From: Seison nebaliae
Taxonomy: Eukaryota
NCBI GenBank assembly: GCA_023231475.1
Contig: JALJEE010002321.1
Location: forward strand, 1-35,140
Length of the DNA stretch: 35,140 nt
Direction of reading: 5' to 3'
Numbering within the stretch: the first letter of the stretch is position 1; the number at the start of each line of letters is the position of its first letter. The notes beneath the pieces were generated by a model. The model did no database searches, was not told the DNA's origin, and was given only the letters and a program-made list of their open reading frames with translations. Below are positions 10,471-23,876 of the stretch, piece by piece. Made by a program: the position numbers and the translations under genes.

Positions 10471-11492
10471 TGAATTTTTAAAAAAATTGAATAAAGTCTT
10501 AACTATTATTTGCATTAAACGAATTTATAAATCGTTCTGATTATGATGAATTTCGTTCAAAATTCTACTTTCGTATGTTCCATTTGATCAATTCTTCCAA
10601 ATGTATTTCGTAGTTCTACGGACTCTTCTATCAACATGCTTGTGACTATTGAGGTGTGGATTGTTTTTGTTTATTGTGATGATTTAGTTCGTCATTGTTA
10701 GACATATTATAATAACTTTTCATGTTTCATTGTCCTTCTAACTACAGATTCAGACATTGCTGTTAAATGAATAAGTTTCATCTAGCCTAATAACTGACAT
10801 AATAATAAGGAATAATTATTTTTGACCGAATCCTTGATTTTATATAGTGAGTTAGTGAAAGTTGGTTATTTTCTTAAAATGTGAAATAAAAACTATGAAA
10901 TAGAAATGTGCTAATCAGAAATCATCCCAAAAGTATAAAAATTTACGAAGTTTATGATTTTTTCAAGTTTATAGTTTGAAATTTTTTGCTGTTACTATGA
11001 CCGAATAATATTTTTGAAATTTGAATAAAGCTTAAAATTTAAATGATTAAATTAGAAGATAATAAATTTCAATTTAAATTAATAAATTAAGTTTCTTAAA
11101 TTTATTATAAAACGTAATTAATGTGCTGGTTGGTTCAACGAGAATAGATGACAAATATAAATGAAATCATGACTGTAACATGATTAAAGAAATATTTTCA
11201 TCAATCGTTGAAATGAGGCTAAGAATTTCAATTGGGAATTTTGAATGATATCGAGGAATTTGGAAGGATGATAACTGTTTTAAAAAAACTGGAAGAAATG
11301 TGAACTGCTGTTATAAGCGAAACGAATTATAATCAAGTAATTTCTTTTTCTAAATCATCTTGAATGTATGTGGTTTTTGATTGTTCATTTTTCCTTCTAA
11401 TCTAATTGTAAGTTGGATGAGATAAATTTATTTATTTTCTTTTCAATAACAAGATCCTTTTTTATTTTTACCACTTCCAAAGAGGTGCAGAT

Positions 11493-12403
11493 ATGTCGAA
11501 CCTTGCGAACAAGATTAAATTTGCATCGACTCGTCTCTTTTCTACTTCATCATCAGCACTTGCCGGTTTAGAGACGACGGTCAATGAAGAAACTGTTCAA
11601 CAAATGTTAAAAGATAATCCTCGCCTTAAATTACATCCGCGTATTGGTCGACGTGAAATTGTTGGGTTCGGAATTAATGGAGAACCGACTTATTTCGATT
11701 GGGCCTGTCTCCCATGTCCCGCTATTCGCTACAAGGAAGAAGACGCAAAACTTGTCGAATTGAGAAAGAAGGAGAAAGGCGATTGGAGCAATTTGTCAAT
11801 CGAAGAGAAACGTGAATTATATCGTGCCAGTTTCCGATTGACATTGGCGGAAGTTGAAGCACCAACAGGAGAATGGAAAGCAATTGTTGGACTTGTGGGA
11901 ATTTTCTTGTCGTTAACATTTTGGATGTATTATGGAATCCGAAAATCTGGTTATTATTCATCTTAAGCTAATTGAAAATTAATCAAGTGAATTCCCATTT
12001 TTCATTTATATCAAATTTCATCTTTTCTTCTTCATTTCTCCAACTCTTGGAAATATTTCATCAAATTATTCTATTTATAGTATCATCCAAATTCTCTTTA
12101 TCAATTCAAATAGTTTTTAACATTCATTCAATCTTTTCCACCATTTTCTATATATCTCATTATTCATATTTTTTCCAATATCGCGTGCACTATTTGACAC
12201 AATATGTAATTGGACATCAAAACAAAATTTTTAGAAGAAAATTAATAATTTCCTTTTTCCTTCTAGTTTATCCACCATTACCACATACGTTATCGCCGGA
12301 ATATCGTGAACAAACAATGGAACGTATGATTCGTCAACGAGTTGCACCATTGACTGGTCCAGGCTGGCAATGGGACTACGAGAAGGGAGACTGGAAACAA
12401 TAG
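11493..12403 (+). CDS. COX4: Cytochrome c oxidase subunit 4, mitochondrial (exons 11493-11949, 12267-12403; 197 aa)
   Basis: Transit-peptide-like N-terminus, GRREIVGFG, PAIRYKE, KEKGDWSNLSIEEKRELYRASF, TGEWK, a TM helix and C-terminal WDYEKGDWK. One 317-nt intron at 11950-12266 (GTTATT...TCTAG). Confidence 0.95.
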
Positions 12404-13716
12404 AGAATTTTGGGAGAATTGAAAATTGAATATATTTTTATTCATTTTTAAACTATTTCTTAGTGGAATGATAACTCTAATAAAACGAAAGTTATGGCAT
12501 AGTAATAATATAAGATTGTTGTTGTTGTTATTGTCGTTGTTTTTGTTGTTGATGATGACAGTATTAAAACTTTCAATGTTAATTTCCTTCATTTTACCGG
12601 TTTCTCACAAACATATTTCCCACCCAGACAAAAACACAAAAGTCCTTCTTCTCCCCCAATTTCTTTAGCAGGAACGACCAATCCGTGATTGCATTCGTTT
12701 CTATTTCGAAATGAAGAAGAATAAATTTAGATGGAAAAATTTCGTGATTAATATGAGAATCATGAAGATGAGAACTTGATTTGTCTTAAAAGAATAAATA
12801 GAATAATAAGGAAATAAATGAATTTCATGATAATTGTGAAATTGTTTTATGTAAGTTCAATATAACAATAATTTCTTTCCTGCTAATTGTGAATTGTTTT
12901 GGAGGTAGGAGAGTTTCATTCAACAGTATTCGATCGATATCCTTGAAAAAACATTTCCCCAAATATTATTTACTATTAATCGATTTACTTTTGTGAGATT
13001 TTAAGAATGATTTGTAACATGTTGTGCAATATGTTGTCGAGCAAAAAGTTCAAGTAATTCCTGTCCACTTGTATAACGATCTATATGTCTTTGTTGTAAA
13101 CGAAGGTAAACGAGGTGGTATACTGTTAAGATGAAGAAAAAATAATAAGTCCTTTTTCACTTCATCTTCAACTCAAGAGAATTGTGTAACAGCTTATTTT
13201 GTAGATGAGTGTGAATTGGAAACGGGAAAAAAGTTTCTTCTAAAAATTTAATTGGGCGTCAGTTCGTTATTGTCTCAATGTTTACCTTTTTATAGTGTGC
13301 AGGTTGGTGAAGTGAAGGGAAAAGGTAGTCGATTTTTATGAATATTTGACAATTATGCAAAAAGAAGTTCCAGATACAACACGAAATTTCGATTTTCCTT
13401 TAAAAATAGACCGAATGTCCAACATAAAAATTTCTTCCGCTCACTTTCCCTACCGGCAGGACGACGACGACATAGATATTATTAGTTTCTTATTAAACTT
13501 CTCTCATGTACAGTATATGATGTGTGAAGGCAAGGTAAGTCCGAATAAATTGGATTCGACAACAAATACTTTGATATAGGAAGGAATTGTAATTTAAAAG
13601 AAAAACACGTTTCCATAATGACAAATGACGTTACTATAGTATCAAACGAAATTGGACACAGGATAATATTCAGAATGATTAAAGTTAATTTATTTTAAAT
13701 CAAACATTATTTTAAT

Positions 13717-16700
13717 CTACATCGAAAGTTTTATTGAACCACCACTTTTCTCCATATTATTCGTTGTCAGCAATTGTTGACCACGTTCTTTATTCTCATT
13801 CTCTTCATCTCGCATTCGGGCGAACATCTTTGTCAACTTTATGTGAATCAGATGAGCTTCCGACACATTCACTAATTGAGATTCTTCTTTTTCTATTTCT
13901 TTCTTCTTCTTCGTCTCGTCATCATCTACCAATGGAAGGTAATTCTTCAATAACTTCTCCTCCAACTCCTTCCCATGTTTCAATTGATTAATCTCATTCT
14001 GTTGATGATTCATTAGCATAGGGAATTGAGATAACAATCGTCTCCATATTCTCCCATTACCACTTCTTATCAATGGAATACGCAAATTAATCACATTCAC
14101 CGACTTGTTATATTTACACCAATTTTGGAGACTTTCTATCGTAAATTTCTGTCTCACCGAATTTAAATGAATTCGAATAAACCAAAATAAGAAAACTTCA
14201 ATTAAATTACCTCGAATATGTTTCTTCTGAACTTCACTGATATCACGACGACGTAATTCACTTCCTCGTGATGGATCGAACGGTAATTGATAATACAACT
14301 TCTTCCATGTTAATCCATCGATCTCTTTCGCTATAATCAATATGGCTTGACCGATTTCATCTGAAAAATTAAAATTAAAATTTCTTCTTTAAATTCTCAT
14401 TCAAACCGGAACGTTCGTTTATCGGAATAGTATTGAGTCGATTAGTTTGATTTATTAATGGATATCGGAAGAAGATTTTACTAATCGATGATTCACATTG
14501 TTTGAGATGAATTATCTTCTTCAATTTCTCGATACTGTTCTCCGTGTGACGTATGTCTGCTTCGATATTGAAACGATCTTGTCGAATAGCTCGACTTCCA
14601 TATAAATAGTCTTTCCAAATCACAAACAATTTCTTTATTTCATTCTCATACGATAGGAAGCGATTGTATATTCTCGTTAAATCTCTCTCCTTCTCATCGA
14701 ACTTATTGATTTCTTTCTGTACCATTTCCATTTCTCGAACTAAAAAAAATGAAGAATTTGATTATTTCTCTTATTAAATTAAATGGTTAAACTGATAGAA
14801 TCTCTCGTTTTGTTAGTTGAAGCATCATATAAATTATTACAATCCATTTTTTGTTTATTTAAAATATTATATTTTATTCGTTTCAAATATTTATTCTGTT
14901 TCTTATCAATAATTTCATTCTTCATCGCATTGAAATCATATCGATATTCTTCCAATTTCCCATCTCCAATGTTAGTCAATGCGAATGCATGTTTCAGAAA
15001 TCTTCTCAATTCTTCTTCGATCGTTTTCAATCGAGCTTGAGTTGTTCGTCGAATATAATCCAATTTCTGTTCTTTCTCAATTAATTGACTAACATTTTCT
15101 TTCTAAAAAAAAAATTGTTTATTCCAAAAAACTGACAAAATGGAAAACTTGAATTTTTAATTTTTTTTCTAAATTCAGAATATCAGTTCGAATGTGATAA
15201 ACGTAATTCTTATCCATATCAATCCAATCAGTGAGAAGTTGAATAGATTTCCTAAGAATGGCAATACTTTCCGGTATGAGGAAGAGTATTGGCCATGAAA
15301 ATGCATCAGCTCTTAAAGCAATATATTTGACAGTTGAAGAGAATTTCAATTTGTATCGTTCATCATTCTCATTCGACAATTTATTCTCTTTCTCTAAAAT
15401 CTCTTCTCGTTCGGTTGAACGAAGACCATCACGTGGTTTTGGAATATCATTCAAATCATCATAGAAAGTAAAGACTGGAGTCTCCGAATTAGAAGTGTCA
15501 TTAAATTTTAATTTTATATATTGCAACTCTTCCAATAATCGACCACTCTCTCGATTAATATGATCTTTCTTCGCTTCGTACACTTTGGGAGCTCCCATCA
15601 TTTCATTCATCCATTTCGCTTCTCTATCATTCAATTTCCTATTTTCAGCCCAACTGATGCCAGTCTTCTTTGGTGATCGAGTTGACATAGAAATAATATC
15701 ATCGTTTGCCTTCTCTCGTAAGAGATGAAGTAAATTCAATCGATTCGGATAATCACATTCTTGAATGAGTTCGAGAAAAATTTCTTGATATTCATAAAAC
15801 TCTTCGATCATTTGTCGATTACGATTATCTTCCCCCGACGAATAATTCGATTGTTGCATAAACTTCTTTTGTGTCTTCATTTCCATGTTTTCATATTGAT
15901 TGAAATATGATTGTAGATAAAATAACATAATCTCGATAACTGGTTGCAATTCTTCAGATAACGGTAAAAATAATGATGTTAAACATTCATTACATAATGA
16001 CAACATTTGTTCGAGGAGTTCCGCAGCGAATATTTGTTGATTAGTGAACATTGAAGACAATTGTTTCTTTCGTTTACTTTCTGCGTCGAAATCTTCCGTC
16101 GAATTTTCCACTTCGAGATCGAAAGTATTTCCATGAATATTGGTAGGATGAGTGATGTAAGATATCATATCGTAAGCAATTCGACTAGTACGAACTTCTT
16201 TGATTTGGAAGATGTCTTTGAGTGGAGATAACGCTTGAATCCATTGGCGATAGATATCGGTAGCGATGGAAGTTTCAATAGATGGTAATCGAATGAAATT
16301 AGAAGTCGATTCTCGAATTGATGGAATTCTCGATTCTAAATTCTCCACTAGAATATTATTGATGATTGATTGATCGTTCGTCTCGAATTTGGAGCTGAGT
16401 TGAGTGAATGCATCGTATGCATTCTCATAAGAACGATTGATGAGTTCGTTTATGATATAATTGTTAATTTCACTTGTATTGAAATAGAAATTGTTGAGGT
16501 CGTTCTCTGTTTCGAGTTTGATCAATTTCGTTTTCTTTATATTTCTACCTTGCTCATAACTGAATAATTGGAGATGTTTCAACAAGAATTCGATGGAACT
16601 AAAAGAGGAGGATGAGAGAATCAATAAATTGAGAACTTCTTGTTTGAGAGCGGCCGAATATTCTAAGACATCCGGCGTTAACTTCACTCGATTGACAATG

Positions 16701-17599
16701 GAAACACTTTTCGATTTAGTCAAATGAGAATGTCCTTCATTCTTCCGTCTCCTCCTACTAATCTCTTGTTTCGATGGATTAATTGTGACATTCGTTTGCC
16801 GTGTAATTGACGGGAGAATAGGCGACGTACATTTCGCTATCGGGATCGTGGCTAATGAGTCCCAGAGTTTGAAGTCAGCATAATTTGGTTTATTTTTCAA
16901 TGACGCATGATTCTGATATTGTCCTCCCTCCATTTCATCCATCGACGAATATTTTTCGTAAATAGAAGAAACTGTTCGCTTTGTTTCCGCCGTTCTCAAT
17001 TTCATATTCTCCCGAGTAATTTCAACATCTTTCAAACTTTCTTCCTCATCATCATCAACATCATCATCTTCCAATTCATCACCGTTATCTTCTAATAAAT
17101 TCCGCAATTTCTCCGAATTTTGCATTCGTTTCTGCAATTGCTCCCGAATTCGATCACGCTGATTTCTTTCTCTTTGTAATTGACTGCGCGAATTTTTTAT
17201 GGCTCTCGAAACCACCGTTCCCGATTTCTTATTATGCTCAAATGCTAAAGAGTCGACAATACGATGACTACTCAGTTTAGTACCATCACCATAATTCATG
17301 GAATTGGAAAGATTGTTACTAATTTCGTTCAAGTTATTCTTATTCTTTCTTCGTCTCTGTCCATCATGTCCATTCGTGTCTGGACTATCTACCAGATTGG
17401 TGATGGTTCCATTCAACAATAATCGATAAGCATAAAACTTATGTTCAATTTTATTGAGTCGATACTGAAACTCTTCCAATTTGACTTCGACACAAGAATA
17501 GAATTGAGACAGATTCTTAGGTGGAATCTGATAATTGATGAGAGATTTCAATAAATTCTCATTCTCATCATGTTTAGTTAGAGCAAAATTCAATGCCAT
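13717..17599 (-). CDS. Large coiled-coil protein with a C-terminal death-fold-like domain (exons 17599-15149, 15102-14793, 14739-14407, 14360-14197, 14148-13717; 1229 aa)
   Basis: Four ORFs join in frame through 46-53-nt GTT...AG introns. E/K/Q-rich heptad regions are present. The segment IAKEIDGLTWKKLYYQLPF...DISEVQKK...ESLQNWCK...VINLRIPL fits a death-domain pattern once the 14149-14196 intron is removed. Confidence 0.75.
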
Positions 17600-18780
17600 T
17601 CTTTCCAATGATTATCGAAAATTTCACCTTTCCTTCACCGTCATTCGTCCTTCGATATTATTCCGCTAAAGTCAAATTCTTCTTTCTTGTTTCTATTTCC
17701 TATAATTGCTTAGCAACTAACACTCATTGGTTGGATGTTAGCTTTATTCCATTTAATGTTTCTTTTCAAGGTTCGATCTAATACTTTCAATCTAGTATAG
17801 AGCAGATTCATGACTTTCTTTCTCATAAGACAATTCTAAATTTTCATATTCGCTACTACAAAATTATTAGTTCTTATTATTATTTTCATGAATGTTTCCC
17901 CCACATTACTCCTCACTTATTGTCTCAAACCTTTAACTGTTTTATCTCATAACATTCGTTTGTTGACATTGAATAGTAATCGATAGGAAATTATTATTAA
18001 AAAAACATTCTGTCTGAAGAATTGTAGTTTCTTCCGTTTTGAGCTAACGGAAATTTAATTTAGCGTAACCGACCAATTACCTGAATGAAATAAGGAAATT
18101 CTCTTATAAATTCTCCCAATGTCAATTACGATTGAACTGCTTTATAAATTGGTTAATCGAATCTTATTGATAAATTTGTTTAATCCATACTCTCTTTCCT
18201 TTAAAACATTTGTTTTTCTAATCTTCCATTATAATAATATATTACCCATTTATTCTTTCAAATTATTCCGTATAATGTTTCTGTGGACAGTTTTAGTTGT
18301 GCAATTTCCAATTAATTTTTTGAAATTATTTTATCAGTAACTCAACAACAGTTGAAGATTTACTTATTTCCTACAAGTTCTACGTTAGCTCAAGTTAGTT
18401 AAAGTTATATTTAATATTTCATTTTAGATTGAAATATCTCAATTTAACTATCAAATTAACTTATTCTTCTGGTAAGTCTTCAAGTTAACTTCTGTATTAT
18501 TACTAATTATACTATTACTTAAATATAATTAAATACCAATTAATCTTCCTCAATTCTCCAACATCAGATATAGATAGAACGACGATTATTTATGTAACGA
18601 ATGAGGAAAAAGGAGAAAATGAAAAATGAAAATAAGAATGAGTAAGAAAGGAGCAATACAAACTGCGCCGTATGAAGCACACATTATGGAAACTGGCGAA
18701 GCGTTCAGGAGGCATACAAGACGGTTCTCGTTGGAAGACAAGCTGTGACCCGAATCAATGTTCCAGTAACGGGCCATGAT

Positions 18781-19233
18781 GGTACAGCAATAACTTTCAA
18801 CGTGGCAGAATAACGCCACCATAAAAGGCGCCATGTTCCGAGAGACAAATTATTTTGGTAAAAGTCTGTTTGAACGCCACAGAAAAAAAATTTTTTTTGA
18901 CTGAAAATAAACGTATACGCATTTGAAACGATTCTGAACATGATAGTGTTTTTAAAATTTCAATTTTCGAATTTCTAAAAAATTTAGTTCAAAAAACTTT
19001 TCGAAAAATTTTAGGCTTAACTCAAAGAGATTGTCTTCGGACTATATCCCGGTTTCTTCTTCAGAAGAAGAGCTAGAAGAAGAATTAGTCAATCAATCAG
19101 AAACACCAACTACTACATCATCATCATTAGCCTTATCTTCACCGAATAATATCGTGAAGGCGGTATTGGCGACGTCGTCGAAATTGACGAAACCGTTGCG
19201 GTGAGGTCAAAAAAGATGATAGGAATGACATAA
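18781..19233 (+). mobile_element. Merlin/IS1595-like DNA transposon relic, internally deleted
   Basis: 19156-19233 reads EGGIGDVVEIDETVAVRSKKMIG, matching the GGxGxxVEIDE[ST] first-catalytic-Asp motif. It is preceded in another frame by an acidic SDYIPVSSSEEELEEE segment. A candidate left end GGTACAGCAATAACTTT lies at 18781. The boundaries are inferred. Confidence 0.55.
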
Positions 19234-21484
19234 ATTCTCAATTTTATTTCCTTCATTGATAGCGGTATGGTAGCCTTTGTATAATAAAACCAAGACCTAC
19301 GATTATCTGAATATCATCTATCATTCATTGAATAAACTAATGTTGCACTTTATTACTGTATTACCATTTTTTTAACAAAATTTTAATATTAATAAAGTAC
19401 ACCCAAACATATAATTTTCAAATTTTGACCTTTTACATTTTTCCAATCCGATTCAATTCAACCAAGCAATAATTGCCAATATTAATTCATCAAACAAGAG
19501 TTTAATTATTCTATTTATTAATTAAAAATTTTGCAACATATAAAATTTATTAATAATGAATAAAATTTTTAATTTTTCAGTCAGAAACTTATTTTGGAAA
19601 TGTTATGTTGTATGTTTTAAAAACAGTTTAAAATTTTTTTTAATTAAAGAAATTTGATTTAACAATAATGATAGATTTTAAAATTATACAGATATGTCAT
19701 AGATAAATCAATGATAAGAAAAGATGACCTTGTAGTCATTTTGTCATTAATTAATTTGATCACATAAATTTCTCATCAAAATTTTGACGTATCTTTATTT
19801 AAAAATTAATATTCCGTTCTATAACAGAAAAATCATTGATTAGGGAAATTATGCTCAAATGAAAGAAATTTTCATTTGGCAGATGAGGGAATATGCGAAG
19901 AAATTTCGGAGGAACGACTTTTACATAACTTAAACTTACTGTTAGAGACATGTGGACAAAGTAGAAGATAAATAAAATGGTAAGAATAATTTCTTAAGTA
20001 TAATAATTCATATCGGAATCGAACGTGGGAGGGTATGAAACATTTGAATTAATGGAGGAGAGTATAAAACTGAATAATAGATAATTCTTATACGTATAAT
20101 TGAAAACATTCGTTTTATGAAATAATTATAATTGTTCTTACAAAACTTTTTATAATCAAATTCTTTCTGTCCATAGCGGTAAGTATGTCATTTAATATAT
20201 TATTCCATTATTGGTAGACATTATGCGGTTTCCTCTTGTTGTGTATAATCGATATCATAATTCTTCTTATCTCTCTAAATGAACGGTAATGTTGATGGTG
20301 CATAACAGACACAATATCAATATCAAACACAAGTGCCCAAATTATCTTCCGTCAACTGGATGGTTACCTTTTTATTATTAATTATTGAAATGGAAAATTA
20401 TTTATAGTTCTATGCTTCATAACTTTTATATTTGAAACATCGATATTATTAGCTCATTCCTCCTTATATTTATTACTTATTCTAATTCCTCCTATAAATA
20501 ACTATTATTTCCCCATATAAAATTAAAGTATCACGATTTGTGTCAATATCTTACTCACCTTGATGATTAACCAATATCATACAGCAATCATTTGAGTTCA
20601 CAGAGAATTGATGTATGAGATTGAAAATAATTCCATTAATATGTGACCATTGTGAAGTTATTCGTCATGGACATGATGTCATTGTAAAATTGTTAGGCAT
20701 TCACATCAGAAATAAGATGGAATTAAAGTAAGATAATTGAATTAGAACATTTCTTTAACAGGATATTGACGGCAAGAATTCCATCTTGCATCATTGGATT
20801 AATCATTATATGTCTTTTTTTTTGATTTTGTCAAAAAGTTTTGATGATATCAGATAGTCTAATACATTTCATATGATGGGTGTAAAAAGCAGAACGATTC
20901 TCTTAAACAGAACAAATACTGCTGTGCAACTATTCCGTCTTGAGATTAGTGAGACGGAGAAATTATTTAATTCGAAGAAGATATGGGCAGTATATTTTCA
21001 AAAAAATTAGAAGAATTTAATTTCGTTTCTGATGAGAATGGAATTTCCACAAAGAATTCCAGTAGAATTATAGAGCAATAAAATTTGCGTGATGTGATTA
21101 ATTCGCAGCATTTACTTATAACATTCGAATGATGTATCAATTAGATAGCAAATAAGTTAGAATAATGTCTGCATTGTTGTGAAGTTAGTTTTGTCCTTAC
21201 ATCACATATGGCTGAATGAAAATGGATTAATTCGCTAAAAAATCCATTTGATACATGCGAAACATATATTATTCATTCATTGCTTGTGCGTACAGATGTG
21301 TATGTATTATCTTAATTTCCATAATACTTGCAGTAATTGATTGAGCAATAGTAATAAATTAATAGATTAACTCAAATAATAATAAAACTTTTTTATTTTC
21401 ATTATTCACTAAACAACAATATCTATTATTTTGTTGACTTTAATATTTCCTGTAAAATAGAGATTTAAGTGTTGGTTAAGCACG

Positions 21485-23573
21485 ATGCAATTAACGATGA
21501 TATTGGTCATCGCTTTCCTTGCATCGATTACTTCGTTATTATTGACACTTTTTAGTATCATTTCCAATTCATGGGTGAATATTGTTGAGATTACTCGAAT
21601 ACAAATGAAGACTCGTGCTCCTTTGCGATTAGTTCATTCATTCTCCTTTTTTACCGTTCTATATTTTTGTAGCGTCCCACATCAATGCCAGATGTTCTAG
21701 CCTATAATCGTCAAGTTGGAAATAATGAATCGAAGATATGGAAGAATCTCATATCGACACATTTGAGACCGATCTGTCGAAACAATTGTTCATACAAATC
21801 ATTCGAATATACGAGTGAGGATCGTATTCAAAAATTCCGAGAAGCTTTTAACATCACAAATACACCCATTTCATTGAGATTCACTCGACAAATCAAATAT
21901 GGAGCTAATCAAGTGAATGATCTTACAACATACCGTATGAAAAAGTTTCAGTTTGCAACAACTACTCAAGTTTCTCCATCCGCTTCACCTACAATAACTG
22001 GGAAGAATATGAACAACAAGAAATTTCAATTATCCAGTCGACAACTATTATTTCGAAGAAAACAATTTGAGAAATTTAGGAAACGAAAAAAGAAGAAGAT
22101 GAAACATCGACTTCCACAATATATCAAAATGGAAGTAAGTGCTGATTTGGGATTGTGGTATATCTGCATCTATCAAACGAATGGGAAACACACATGTCAA
22201 GCGAATAAGAATTATAATATCGTTTCAGGACGAGTGGCTGATTCGAGTGTTATCTCATCTGTAGCTCGTTAATAATTTCTATATATAATATTTTATATTC
22301 CATTTAATCTCTCAATTACAGATTCATTAAAACGAGCAGCATTTAGTATTTGCGTTGCATTTATTGTTCACCTTGGGGCCTTCATCCTCTTCATCTACAC
22401 ATTGAACGATACAAGACTTAACCTTCAGAAATCTCAGATGATGAATGAAATTGATAAGATTGACAAGTCGTTCAATGAAACCATATCAAAAGATTCTCAA
22501 ACCACCATCATGAATTCAACCGCATATTCCATCAGATCTGAACCTGATGCAAACGCAAAAATAGATTGTCATGATGAGAGTGTACCTAATGACAGTTTCC
22601 GAATTAAACCAGAATTACCTCCAAGATTAGTTCGATTGAAAATTACTTCATTCAAATTCGATTCCGATACTTTGTCCGATGGAAGTTCAACAACTCCTTC
22701 CCAAAGAGTAAAAGTGAAAAAAGTTCAAACGATCAATCACAAAACATCACTATGTGTAAACACCAATTTGGCATCGGCACATTCTACTTCATATGATATG
22801 ATTAATAATTATCAATCAGTTCTTCTCCAAACAAAACTAGTTTGAATTTAAATTCTATCGATTTTAATTAAATATTTTTATCATCAGAATTATAGTCCAG
22901 TAAAATTAGGAAATTATGGAAGTTCATGTTTGTCAGAAATGAATTTTCCTATGAATATCAGAAGAAGTAGCAAACGATCAAATACATCGAAAACATTCTC
23001 CAATTTATTAAAGAATAAAGACGATTGTGTTTCGATGAATGAAATTAATCGAATTCCTACCAGTCGTGCTAAGTTGAGTGATAAGAATTTGAAAATTTTG
23101 GTAACTCAAAAAATTCCAAGACTTCCATCACCAACCAACGATTTGACAACAAAATGGAAATCAACTAACGATAAACGGATGGCAATCGTTGACGTTTCCA
23201 CGAAAGAGATCTGCTACAAAATGTATAGACAAAATCAAATGTATACTGTCTCAATTACATTGATTACAGCGAAGCATCATTCGTTAATCGCTGCAACACT
23301 TCTTCTAACGACATCATGTTAAATGGATTTGTTTAATGAAAATAATATTTTAAATTCATTTTAAATTTAGGTTTACTACAAACTCTGGCATTGTTATTTT
23401 CGGTGTTAAGTATTTCCGATGAAAAGTTCGTTAGGAATGCAATCAACTTTAAATTCGGTTATGGAAATGGTTTTTGGTGTTGTTATGTGGCGTTGTTGTT
23501 TCTTGCAATTAATCTCATTGTGACTACTTACCTTGCTCTATACAATACGGTGAAGAAGAATATAAAGACATAA
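21485..23573 (+). CDS. Claudin/PMP22-EMP-like tetraspan protein with greatly expanded loops (exons 21485-21631, 21673-22267, 22322-22839, 22888-23317, 23371-23573; 630 aa)
   Basis: TM1 followed by SNSWV, then the GLWYIC...HTC signature, TM2 (AAFSICVAFIVHLGAFILFIY), TM3 (AATLLLTTSCLLQTLALLFSV) and YGNGFW plus TM4. Five ORF pieces join in frame by four 41-54-nt GTT...AG introns. Confidence 0.78.
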
Positions 23574-23744
23574 AGATAAATTGTCTAATTTCATTAAACA
23601 AATAAATAAATAAATGTGCTGTTCAATAAATTGGAAGATCACTGTCGGTGTAAATTAAACAATAATACAAACACTAAATATTCTCCATTCGGATGTAATA
23701 ATTTCGATTTCTATGTCGTTTACCTAATTCAACAATTGTCAAAA

Positions 23745-23820
23745 AGAAGAGGAGAAGGAAGAGGAGAAGGAGAAGGAGAAGGAGAAGCAGAAGGAGAAGG
23801 AGAAGGAAAAGGAGAAGAGG
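23745..23820. repeat. Polypurine (GAAGGA)n-type microsatellite
   Basis: Roughly 75 nt of almost pure A/G hexamer repeats between two convergent genes. Confidence 0.9.
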
Positions 23821-23876
23821 TTGTTAGATGAGAAGAAAAGACTAAAAGATTTTTCCAATGAAGAAAGTTTGGAAGT

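Noticed and set aside
11972..12266. N-terminal part of the 143-aa ORF at 11972
   Set aside because: It is the T-rich COX4 intron. Only 12267-12403 is coding.
23616..23831. 71-aa ORF with GE repeats
   Set aside because: It is a translation of the GAAGGA microsatellite and has a non-ATG start.
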